From NCBI GenBank assembly GCA_027077875.1, contig JALWRB010000313.1, positions 1 through 52,924 of the forward strand: a stretch of DNA of 52,924 nucleotides. Reading direction: 5' to 3'. This document shows, in pieces, positions 10,142-18,829 of the stretch. This stretch comes from Candidatus Heimdallarchaeota archaeon. GTDB taxonomy: Archaea > Asgardarchaeota > Heimdallarchaeia > Heimdallarchaeales > Kariarchaeaceae. A model generated the notes under the pieces. The model searched no databases. It was not told where the DNA came from and saw nothing but the letters and a program-made list of their open reading frames with translations. Every line of letters starts with the position of its first letter. The stretch's first letter is position 1. A program made the translations under genes and the position numbers.

Positions 10142-10175
10142 CCCCCCTTGGGGGGAAGTAGATCTTAAATACTTC
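10142..10175. promoter_or_regulatory. Compact divergent promoter with a central TATA-like CTTAAATA (10164-10171), GAAGTA-N9-TACTTC (10155-10175) and a C6-TT-G6 palindrome (10142-10155)
   Basis: Read directly from the sequence. The TATA-like element is ~27 nt from both start codons (10139 on -, 10194 on +). Confidence 0.55.
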
Positions 10176-10193
10176 TGTAGAAATATTGGGCAT

Positions 10194-10496
10194 ATGAAAA
10201 TTGTAGAAATTACAAAATTCAGATTGATCAGTGATGTAGAAGACAGAGATTTCATGAAAGTAGCAAAGGACACTCAGGACATAGTGGAATCTTTTCCCGG
10301 TTATTTGTCGAGGACACTCTGCAAGAAGGATGACGGAACATGGATTGATATACTTTACTGGAAAAGTAAAGAGGATGCTCAATCTGCAGCCAAGAGTGCT
10401 ATGGAATCCGAGGCACTGAAGCCATTTATGGAAATGATTGACCCAAATTCAGTGGAAATGAATTTTCTAGAAGAAAGAATTAACTGGAAAAAGTAG
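10194..10496 (+). CDS. Antibiotic-biosynthesis-monooxygenase (ABM)-like dimeric alpha/beta-barrel protein
   Basis: 100 aa with F.L......F......PGYLSRTL...DGTWIDILYWKS.E.A pattern. Confidence 0.8.
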   Translation: MKIVEITKFRLISDVEDRDFMKVAKDTQDIVESFPGYLSRTLCKKDDGTWIDILYWKSKEDAQSAAKSAMESEALKPFMEMIDPNSVEMNFLEERINWKK

Positions 10497-10523
10497 TACT
10501 CATATGGGGTTAATAATTATGAA

Positions 10524-13500
10524 CTATGAACCTCTCTTCCTACGTTTGAAAAAGTAGAAGGAGACAAAGGTGAGATACACAGCCATAATGGGGGCAGGTA
10601 GGGGATTTACTGGAGGACTAATGCCTGTGGTTATTTGGGATGTACTCTCCCCGCTCGTGTTCTTGGAAGTCGTCGTGGATGAGGAGGGAGGATTTGTTGT
10701 CTTGTCCCCTCTGCGTGCTTCCTCCAAGAGTGAGAGGAAGGACAAATAGTCACCCCTCTTGACCATATTGGCCCTGAGGAGAACATTGACCGTGATTTGA
10801 ACACTCTTCTGCAGACCGGTCGAAGGATCCCTAACTGTTACCTCCACATTATACTGCCCTGCTTCTGCAAATCTGAATGTGTTGCTTAGTTCCCTGCCAT
10901 TGGAATATGTGACAACTCCGTAGGGACCGGTGATTTTCCAGCTGTAATTTGGCCCTGTTATAACATTACCCCACTGATCCTGTCCTCTGACATTGAGGGA
11001 GAGTGAAGCACCAGCAGAGACACTGGTGAATGGCTGGACAAGTGTATAGTTCGTGGGGTTGTCTGTACTTGGATCCACATTACGCTCAAACCGTTTGACA
11101 TTGACGAAACGCAATTCTGGACTCCGGTCCTCGACGAAATAACCACTTATGATGTAGAATTGTGTGTCTAAACCATCAGACATCTGCAACGCAAGTTTTG
11201 CAGACTTCCCACCAGGTAGTGTCTGTATTGAGAATGTAGTATTCCTTCCAGTGGTCTCTGTACTTATAGGGATCCAGCTCTGTCCGTCTGGGCTGTACAT
11301 TACCTTTGAGTAAATAGTGGTCATATTCTGATAGATACTCCAGTCAATACTTACCATTTCCCCTCGCTTGAAGCCCAGTGGTTGATTCACCTCCACATAA
11401 TACTGCTGACCAGAGCTCTTTACTTCGTCCAATATCAGATTGGCTGTCCTATTAATAAGCGCGATATTCACAATCTCGCTATTGTCTTCCAATGCAATGT
11501 TGAAGAAGGAAGTGTCTACATTCTCACCTTCTGAGGTGTTGAATGAGACCCCGACTGGAATGGATATCTGTGTGGAATTGCTGTAGGTGACCTCAAGGTC
11601 GATATTTGTGTCATTGACCGGTATAAAGTCCTCGCTAGCATCATAGATTCCCTGCTGCTCGAAACTGGGGAAAAGCTTACCGGTTCCGTCGATAGATACC
11701 ATCCCAGAGACTATTCTGACGGTACTGTTGAAGAGATCCTTTGCCAAGTACTGACCGTCAGCAACGTCGAGCTGCAGTGATGATGTTGGGATCGAGGTCG
11801 CCCTCCTTCTCTGAGGGAGATTCTGTATGGCAGTAAGAAGTCTGTCCCACCTGTATGCACCGATCCACGTGCCCGGCTCCCATGGGGAGTCACAGTATGT
11901 CATGAGTTCCTTAGTATCCCGAGGTACGAGTCCAGAGTACCTGCTCCAACCCAGCTCATGAATGCTCTCATCACCATAGCGTGCATACCACTCCAAATCC
12001 CAGAGTAATGCTCCGCAACCAAATCCAAATCCTGCAGCATGCTGCCCCCACGTGTCGGAACCTAGGTTATGATTGATCTCGTGAGCCATGGTGAATTTGT
12101 CCCATGAACCACCCCACGAGGACCTTCCACTGAATCCCAGCCATTGTGGATTTGATTGTCCACCTCCTGGGAGGCTTCCAGGAATGCCGATCCCATGGAT
12201 CTGGTGTGGGTATGGTGAGTACACCCCCGAAGCCCTCCTGTCCATCAGGACAGATCGAAGTGCGGTTTCCAAACGGTTATTTATCTCCACTCCCTCGATG
12301 AAACCCAGTCCGATATCAACAAGAGGTGACTTGCTGTAAGTTCCAAAGTCTCGCCAATCAAGATTAATAAAGTTAATACTGTCAATTGGATAGATGAGCT
12401 CCATGAATTCCTGTTGTCTCTGGATAATGCTGTTTGAAGGAATGCTCGGATCACTCACGGTCCCATTATTGATGGGCATGACGTAGACATTGAACTTGCC
12501 AGAAGCTACTGGACTGAATATCCTGCTCTTTGCATTGTTGGAAATCGATGGATCGTAACTCCCGGGTTTTGGAGTTACAGTAGCTTTGAGGATAAGAACA
12601 CTGGTGTTGGTGATCACCCCGTCAAGTAGGAAGTTTGCGCTTGAGTCCAAGTTGTCACGGGCATAAGATACGGGGACTGGAAAGTCCCAGATAGTATTGC
12701 TGTAAATGGTTCTCACGCGTGCTCCGACTCCAGGTACGTTCTCTATGGTGATGACTTCCAAGGAGATTGAGGCATTCATCGAAACTGCTTGGTCATGAGA
12801 GACATACACTCTTGCAAGCGCCTCCTTTCCCCTGACAATGCGTTGGCTACTCGTGTCGTCCTGTGTGACCTGTGTCAGCTCAATTCTCGCTATTCCGAAA
12901 TTAATCGCAGGAATGTACTGATATGGTGGGATTTCATAGTATATAGTGTCAACTACACTCACGGATGGTTGTATCACACCTGAGAAATCTGGTAGATCTG
13001 GGAATCCGAATTGGGAGTCAGTTGTCTCGATAATAATACCATATTTCAACGGGATCAATCCGCTATACCCTTGGTTCGGATCAGGATTCTTCGACGGGTA
13101 TGGAATATCCATATCCATCTTCTTGAGGTCAAGCTCAAACTCGATCTGATTGGGGTAGAAGTCATCGGTTGGTGACCTGCTAATGGCAAATCTCGCCCAT
13201 GACAATACTTTTGGTACTCCATCTTCCAATTCATTGAAGGGCTTCCAGTCGCCCTTCTCAAACATGCTGGCATTCATGAAACCAATTGGGATCTCTCCAC
13301 GTTCAACTGGGATCTGAGGATTCGCAAATGGCATTTGGTAATATACCATTATGTCTCCATCTGAAGGTTTTCCATCGAGATTACGATCAAGCTGAATCGA
13401 TAGTCTTGTGATCCGGTTGAGTGGAATGTCTGATGGAATAGCAAGGGCCATGAATAAAGAAGTGCCAACAGTCTTGCTTAGTTGCCGAATTTCGACATCA

Positions 13501-13709
13501 CTCTTGTCTTTGCTTTTGAAGGTAATTTGCCTATCAACGGCGTCATCCCATTCTCCTAGGTTTGCAGTACCGAGGTCTGAGAGGTGGATGTATCCATCTA
13601 TCTGAGGGGTACTGAACCCGGTAATCGGATTGACCTCCTCGTTGGACTGTCCAGTCAATGGTTGACTCGACAGTAGCAGGAGGAAAATAATGAATAGTGT
13701 TTTCTTCAT
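10524..13709 (-). CDS. Large secreted, C-terminally anchored zinc metallopeptidase (metzincin/M66-like) with Ig/PKD-like domains
   Basis: Signal peptide (MKKTLFIIFLLLLSS). HEINHNLG....QH zinc motif (HEINH at 12069-12083) and downstream ELMTYC Met-turn-like motif. S/T-rich linker, then NPLP, TM and KRRKR. Confidence 0.75.
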   Translation of the reverse strand: MKKTLFIIFLLLLSSQPLTGQSNEEVNPITGFSTPQIDGYIHLSDLGTANLGEWDDAVDRQITFKSKDKSDVEIRQLSKTVGTSLFMALAIPSDIPLNRITRLSIQLDRNLDGKPSDGDIMVYYQMPFANPQIPVERGEIPIGFMNASMFEKGDWKPFNELEDGVPKVLSWARFAISRSPTDDFYPNQIEFELDLKKMDMDIPYPSKNPDPNQGYSGLIPLKYGIIIETTDSQFGFPDLPDFSGVIQPSVSVVDTIYYEIPPYQYIPAINFGIARIELTQVTQDDTSSQRIVRGKEALARVYVSHDQAVSMNASISLEVITIENVPGVGARVRTIYSNTIWDFPVPVSYARDNLDSSANFLLDGVITNTSVLILKATVTPKPGSYDPSISNNAKSRIFSPVASGKFNVYVMPINNGTVSDPSIPSNSIIQRQQEFMELIYPIDSINFINLDWRDFGTYSKSPLVDIGLGFIEGVEINNRLETALRSVLMDRRASGVYSPYPHQIHGIGIPGSLPGGGQSNPQWLGFSGRSSWGGSWDKFTMAHEINHNLGSDTWGQHAAGFGFGCGALLWDLEWYARYGDESIHELGWSRYSGLVPRDTKELMTYCDSPWEPGTWIGAYRWDRLLTAIQNLPQRRRATSIPTSSLQLDVADGQYLAKDLFNSTVRIVSGMVSIDGTGKLFPSFEQQGIYDASEDFIPVNDTNIDLEVTYSNSTQISIPVGVSFNTSEGENVDTSFFNIALEDNSEIVNIALINRTANLILDEVKSSGQQYYVEVNQPLGFKRGEMVSIDWSIYQNMTTIYSKVMYSPDGQSWIPISTETTGRNTTFSIQTLPGGKSAKLALQMSDGLDTQFYIISGYFVEDRSPELRFVNVKRFERNVDPSTDNPTNYTLVQPFTSVSAGASLSLNVRGQDQWGNVITGPNYSWKITGPYGVVTYSNGRELSNTFRFAEAGQYNVEVTVRDPSTGLQKSVQITVNVLLRANMVKRGDYLSFLSLLEEARRGDKTTNPPSSSTTTSKNTSGESTSQITTGISPPVNPLPAPIMAVYLTFVSFYFFKRRKRGS

Positions 13710-13923
13710 CTCTTTGTCACCTATTTTGCTGACCGATCCTGAGTTAGCACATTATATATACATACCTCATTATTGAACAATTATTGTGCTAGTTTGAAAG
13801 TTCTATAGGACTGTGCAAAAAGAGCTATATCCACCTTACAGCAACCGCATATATTCCAGGAGGTACACCTGTAGTCCCATGCAACAAGAACCTATTGTTG
13901 GGAATCGACAATTTGGCCTTCAA

Positions 13924-13992
13924 TCACACCCACATTTTGTATTGTAAACTTCTTGAAAACCATCTGGATTCTACTCACACCCAGATTTTGTA
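13924..13992. repeat. Imperfect 18-bp direct repeat TCACACCCA(C/G)ATTTTGTA, two copies 51 bp apart
   Basis: Copies at 13924-13941 and 13975-13992, one mismatch, in the intergenic region upstream of the metallopeptidase gene. Confidence 0.8.
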
Positions 13993-14059
13993 ACTAAGCT
14001 GGAAAAAGTAGTGATAGTCAGAATCTGGAAATCGATATCCAAAATAGTTAGATCGAATT

Positions 14060-15247
14060 CTACACAAGGTTAAGGATATATTTCACACCCAATAATGGAC
14101 TCCTTAACCAGCTTTTAAACCAGAATCGTCTAAATGACAAATGACCATTGAGCAGAAGGATCAGGTCTTTGCTCACAGTCTTATCAACCTTGAGGAGTAC
14201 CAAACATCTACGCAGGATTCTGTCTTTACCAATCAGCTCCCTGATTTTGTAAGCATATTGGAATTCAAGCCCAATCTCCTTCTTGCACATGGACATGTAC
14301 TTTTTTGCGGCTCTTTTGAGCCCTTCATGCGTAAGGTCCTCGGGGTTAATACTTTGTGCTAAGAGACGTCCAGAGATCATCCCATAGTAGATTCCTTCTC
14401 CAACAAGAGGGTCAGCGAAGCCAGCTGCATCACCAACAAGGAAACACCTCTGTTTTGAAATACTTTTTCGTATCTTCCCAGAGGGTATCCAGTGCCCCCT
14501 GATTCTCCCAAAAACATCCCTACCCAAACCCAAAGTCAGAAGATAATCCTTGAATAAGCTTTTCAGAGGGGGGTTCCGTGATCTTAATGCCCCAATTCCG
14601 ATCGTGACCACATCTCTCTTTGGGAAAACCCATCCATAGCCGTATCTCACGACGCCAAGATCAAGCTTCGGCTGGGAGAGCAGGCTCGGAGGGACCTCAT
14701 CCCTCGGTAAGTGAAGTTCATACGCAAACGCATTCTCCACCTCTGACCCCTGCTCTAGGTTGATGCCTGCCTTTTTTGCCACCATGCTCGGTACGCCATC
14801 TGCCCCAACAATGATCCTTGCACTTAGTCTCTCACCATTTTGCAAGGTAACCACTCCATTAGAACTGTCTATATCAGTTACTCGAATACCATCACGGAAC
14901 TCAACACCAGTTTCCTGAGTTCGTCTTACTAGGAGGTGATCAAAATCTATCCGCCTTGTGAAAGATATCTCATGTTTTCCGAGATCGAATGAGAAGACAT
15001 TCTCAGTCCTGTATTCCAATGATGTCATTCTGTGTGAAGTAATGATCTCATCTAGTTGACCATCTAAACCAAATTCTCCCCTAAGTAATTCAATGGTCTT
15101 TGACGATAAAGCACCACCACATAGCTTATCTCTTGGAAAGCTCGCCTTGTCGATGAGCAACACTCTGCTCAATTTCTTCTTGAGGAAGAATGCAGCAGAA
15201 GAACCCGCAGGCCCTGCTCCAATTACTATGGCGTCATATTCTTCCAT
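14060..15247 (-). CDS. Geranylgeranyl reductase-family FAD-dependent oxidoreductase
   Basis: IVIGAGPAGS (FAD binding), FPRDKLCGGAL, YGWVFP and LVGDAAGFADPLVGEGIYYG motifs. Confidence 0.92.
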   Translation of the reverse strand: MEEYDAIVIGAGPAGSSAAFFLKKKLSRVLLIDKASFPRDKLCGGALSSKTIELLRGEFGLDGQLDEIITSHRMTSLEYRTENVFSFDLGKHEISFTRRIDFDHLLVRRTQETGVEFRDGIRVTDIDSSNGVVTLQNGERLSARIIVGADGVPSMVAKKAGINLEQGSEVENAFAYELHLPRDEVPPSLLSQPKLDLGVVRYGYGWVFPKRDVVTIGIGALRSRNPPLKSLFKDYLLTLGLGRDVFGRIRGHWIPSGKIRKSISKQRCFLVGDAAGFADPLVGEGIYYGMISGRLLAQSINPEDLTHEGLKRAAKKYMSMCKKEIGLEFQYAYKIRELIGKDRILRRCLVLLKVDKTVSKDLILLLNGHLSFRRFWFKSWLRSPLLGVKYILNLV

Positions 15248-15264
15248 GAACTTTCCACCCTATA

Positions 15265-15456
15265 TCAGTGACAAGACTTCTTCCCACTTCGTCTCTTTTT
15301 CTGAGCTTTGGATTTCATCTTCGGAGTGTTGCGGGCCTCCCTCCTCTTTTTCCGAACCCTATCCTTGTAGTAGAGTTTCTGCTCTGGTTCTTCGGTCTTG
15401 GTTACCTTGTCAGTCCTTTTGCTGTTCTGCCGTCGAAATATATCAAATATTGACAT
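15265..15456 (-). CDS. Small, highly basic hypothetical protein (63 aa)
   Basis: TTTATA lies ~24 nt upstream of the ATG (leaderless geometry). The ORF ends 17 nt before the GGR start. The C-terminal half is K/R-rich. Confidence 0.5.
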   Translation of the reverse strand: MSIFDIFRRQNSKRTDKVTKTEEPEQKLYYKDRVRKKRREARNTPKMKSKAQKKRRSGKKSCH

Positions 15457-15734
15457 GTTTAAATTTGAGTGGCAGAGAATATAAAGTTTTCTTTTCTATA
15501 GCAAAACAATTTCCGAAACTTACCTCCTTTCAGAAAGATTTTGTACTCATTGAGGGTGAAGTAGCCTATCGATCTAATATTCCAGTATATTTCAAGAGAG
15601 ACCAATAGCAAAATTCAAGTCTCTATCTCTACCCTCCGAACGGTACAACCACGTGAGTAAAAATTTGTGTAGAACCTTCAGTTCTCTATCACCGAGGCAA
15701 TAAAAAATATTAATCATAGAGCTCATCGAAACCT

Positions 15735-17198
15735 GTGTCTGTAGTTTATCTCTATAGTGATGAAAGATTCCAAGAACCACCCATATTTCAGTGGATACTT
15801 TTGTCAGTCGCGGTGAACTTAATAACTTCTGGAGTAACTGTGTCAATACTATTACTACCTGTAAAAAAGTGGTCTGTAGAAAATATGGTCATACTCACCC
15901 TAGCCAACACTCTAGTTCTAACCATGACTTACCTTGTGATTTATAGGTATAGGATATTCCCTGAATTAACTACGGACCTTATCGATGAGATCAGTCGACA
16001 TGGAATCAGGATACCATACTTGATTGCATTCTCGATAATGAGTGAGATTGTTCTGGCTAGTTTCCTTGCATTTTCAGCATTCATTTTCGTGTTGTTGATG
16101 TTTTTGCTTCTAATCTTGCTTGGGCTCATACTAATGATCCTTCTAATTCCTTCGCTGTTTCTGAGCGATGTACCTTATAAGATTATCTGGGTACCGTTGT
16201 TATCCGGAATTACTTGGTTGGCCCTCTCCTTCATCTATGATCAAAAGGATGATATCATGGCCCTAACTCAAGAAATCACAAAGATGATTCACCGTACCAA
16301 GGGGATGAAAGGTTTCACATTCAAGAGATTCAACGTGTTCGTTAAGGATGTTTTCTTTTTTGACGACGTGCTTTTCGTGGATCTGGGGCATGGTGAGATC
16401 GTGGTCTTGGATCGAAGAACTGGAATAGAGAAACTCAGATTCAGGGGTGAAATTTCTCACGTTCAGAGGATTCAAAAGAGCAAAGAGCTGATCGTTGTTC
16501 AGTACAGGTATGGAACAACATCAGTCATTACGAAAAACGGAAGATTCTTAGGAAACCTCGAGGTTTCTGAAGGAAGGGTCGGTCTTGAAGGAGCGTCCTC
16601 ATTGGAATTCAAACAACCAGTCTCGGTTGCAGCTAGATTTCTCGTAGCGATTGGAGATCGCGTCATAGAGTTTGATCCATCTTCAGGTGAGAACAGAGAG
16701 ATTATAACGTTTGATGGAGAAATAAAATCCCTATATCAGAGTGGTAATCACTGGTACACTGTATTTAGTAACGAAGAAGGTACCTTTTTCGCCCAAGGAG
16801 ATGAGATGGATAAAACCTCTACCACAAATCTGGAAAATGAGGGAGATATGTTCTTCAGACGGAACTTGCTGATAATACTTGATAAGGGTGAGGAGAACAT
16901 GATTCATACCTTCAATCTACAGACGATGGATCAGAACCATCTCCCCATAGAAAAGGTGAAGAATGAGTTTGATATATTCGCCACAGATCATTCCATATAT
17001 CTTATACAAGACCAATTCGTGGATGAATACAACACGGTCATGATGAGCAAGAGGAGGAGGTACACAATCCCGAGGGGATGGAGGTTTGTTCATGTGGACT
17101 CAAGGAATTTCTATTTCACGCGTTTCGGCAATATTCTCCGAGTACCAATCCACGAATTCAAACCCGATGAGACACTTATCTATACCCTTGGGTACTGA
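15735..17198 (+). CDS. Membrane protein: N-terminal multi-TM region plus a C-terminal probable beta-propeller (PQQ/WD-like)
   Basis: Long hydrophobic N-terminal third. Blade-like repeats follow (VLFVDLGHGEIVVLDRRTGIEKLRF, VIEFDPSSGENR, IHTFNLQTMDQ). The start codon is uncertain. Confidence 0.6.
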   Translation: MSVVYLYSDERFQEPPIFQWILLSVAVNLITSGVTVSILLLPVKKWSVENMVILTLANTLVLTMTYLVIYRYRIFPELTTDLIDEISRHGIRIPYLIAFSIMSEIVLASFLAFSAFIFVLLMFLLLILLGLILMILLIPSLFLSDVPYKIIWVPLLSGITWLALSFIYDQKDDIMALTQEITKMIHRTKGMKGFTFKRFNVFVKDVFFFDDVLFVDLGHGEIVVLDRRTGIEKLRFRGEISHVQRIQKSKELIVVQYRYGTTSVITKNGRFLGNLEVSEGRVGLEGASSLEFKQPVSVAARFLVAIGDRVIEFDPSSGENREIITFDGEIKSLYQSGNHWYTVFSNEEGTFFAQGDEMDKTSTTNLENEGDMFFRRNLLIILDKGEENMIHTFNLQTMDQNHLPIEKVKNEFDIFATDHSIYLIQDQFVDEYNTVMMSKRRRYTIPRGWRFVHVDSRNFYFTRFGNILRVPIHEFKPDETLIYTLGY

Positions 17199-17471
17199 TA
17201 AGTTACGATCAAGATCCTTGAGATCTAATGTGACTCCCCTGTTTCTTAACTAAATGTCTCGAATTCATTTGGTGAACGCATTTCTCCTCGAAGGGTGGAA
17301 ACCCCTGCTACAGGTAGTAGAACAAGAAAAATCTACTGGACTTGTAAAGGAGTAGTTACTGTAATAGATTTTACGTAAGATCAGGTACCGAGGGATATAC
17401 CACAACCCCATCAGGGAAAGAACCAACCTTGTTATTCCAATAGATAGTTCTTATGTACCGACTTCCCTATT

Positions 17472-17837
17472 TCAGATCCACTCAGGATCAGGGGTTATGT
17501 GATCTTTCGGCCTCGAACCCGGATCATCCCATTTCATGTCCCTCACCCTCATAAGTGGGACGACAGTCATGTCTCCTTCGACCACGATCTGGCAGGCAAG
17601 TCTGGTTCCCTCTATAGAATTGTCTCCCTTCTCGATGGACTCGTCCAGTTTCTGCCTTTCTGCCCTCGTCATCCTTGAAGGTTCCCCACTCTCGATCCTA
17701 CATCTGCAAGTCGTGCACTTCGCGTTCCCTCCACATCGATGAGAGATGTCGATCCCGTTGTCCTCTAAAGCAAGAACCAGTTTCGTCCCTTCCGGGACCT
17801 CAAACTCTTTCTCCCCATGTACTTTTATTGTTGCCAT
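17472..17837 (-). CDS. 2Fe-2S ferredoxin (adrenodoxin/putidaredoxin type)
   Basis: CGGNAKCTTC and RLACQ give the four Cys ligands. Confidence 0.93.
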   Translation of the reverse strand: MATIKVHGEKEFEVPEGTKLVLALEDNGIDISHRCGGNAKCTTCRCRIESGEPSRMTRAERQKLDESIEKGDNSIEGTRLACQIVVEGDMTVVPLMRVRDMKWDDPGSRPKDHITPDPEWI

Positions 17838-17985
17838 AGGAAGAATTTATGAGAATTAGATTTAAATTATCGCTTTCTCGATACCTACAACCAATTCCAC
17901 AGGTGAGGAAAAATGCCGAAAGAATTCCAGCACCCATCCAAAAAATGTACATCAAATTAATAAATCAGAAATCATAGTTCAGAAT

Positions 17986-18636
17986 ATGAGCAAAATGGCA
18001 TGTGACTATCACCCGTCCCGCGAGGCCGTTGACAAGTGCCAACGATGTAACAGACTGATCTGCCTCCAAGACAGGATGGTAGTAAGGAATCGTCACCACC
18101 ATTCCTCCTCAATGTTCAACAACTACTATACAGAGACCATCTTATGCCCACTGTGCAACTACGATGTGAGTAAGGAGGGCGAGACAATGATCTCAAAGTT
18201 CACCGGAATGCAACGGGGAGTTGTCATCGGGATGGTGATCTTTTTCATGATCCCCCTACTATTCATGCTCAACCTTTTCCTAAGCTATCAGAGACGTGTC
18301 AACACCTTTCCAGTTGAACCACAGGAGCCATTCAGTGCCTTCTCGATCATGCCTTTCTTTGTCTTTGCATTCATGTTCCTCGTCATCATACTAATTGTAT
18401 TTCTGGTTTTCAAAGGAACATCGAGTGTCAGTTCGCTCACAAAATTAGGTACAAATAGAGCAGCTCAGACCAAGGAAGAATTCCTCCGCACTGTGGAGAA
18501 TGAAGAATTTCTTGGAACCTACAAGAGGTCAAACCTTGCCTGCTTCCAGTGTGGGAGCCCGATCTCGGAGACAGATCGCTTCTGTCCCTCATGTGGAGAC
18601 CCAACCAGTGAGGAGCTCTCATCCAAGTCAGCTTAA
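17986..18636 (+). CDS. B-box-like Zn finger + two TM helices + C-terminal double zinc ribbon
   Basis: CDYHP...CQRC...IC..D...CPLC at the N-terminus, two TM segments, then CFQCG.......FCPSCG. Confidence 0.75.
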   Translation: MSKMACDYHPSREAVDKCQRCNRLICLQDRMVVRNRHHHSSSMFNNYYTETILCPLCNYDVSKEGETMISKFTGMQRGVVIGMVIFFMIPLLFMLNLFLSYQRRVNTFPVEPQEPFSAFSIMPFFVFAFMFLVIILIVFLVFKGTSSVSSLTKLGTNRAAQTKEEFLRTVENEEFLGTYKRSNLACFQCGSPISETDRFCPSCGDPTSEELSSKSA

Positions 18637-18782
18637 CTACTAATTAATTTTTCTTCTGGACAAACGCTGGAGTATACACTATTGGAGAGCAGTGACAAAT
18701 AGCTTTTAAGCCGATTTTTCAGACATCAAAAAATAGGAAATATTTTTTCAAAATTTAAAAAAAAACCCGATAGACTTATATA

Positions 18783-18810
18783 TACCCGTGACTACCCGTG
18801 CATATCCGTG
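18783..18810 (+). repeat. Three TAyCCGTG direct repeats at 10-bp period between the TATA box and the SD
   Basis: Copies at 18783-18790, 18793-18800 and 18803-18810. TATA-like CTTATATATA at 18776-18785 and GGAGGT at 18817-18822. Confidence 0.75.
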
Positions 18811-18829
18811 AAAAACGGAGGTATTATTC

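Noticed and set aside
10140-10382. N-terminal extension of the TrmB ORF in the ORF track
   Set aside because: It overlaps the divergent ABM gene, and the TrmB domain begins near 10139.
15093-15846. 171-aa plus-strand and 84-aa minus-strand ORFs
   Set aside because: They overlap better-supported genes on the opposite strand and have no motifs.
17199-17471. GNRA hairpin GGGT-GGAA-ACCC and short protein-like frames in the spacer
   Set aside because: Too short and unsupported to call an ncRNA or pseudogene.
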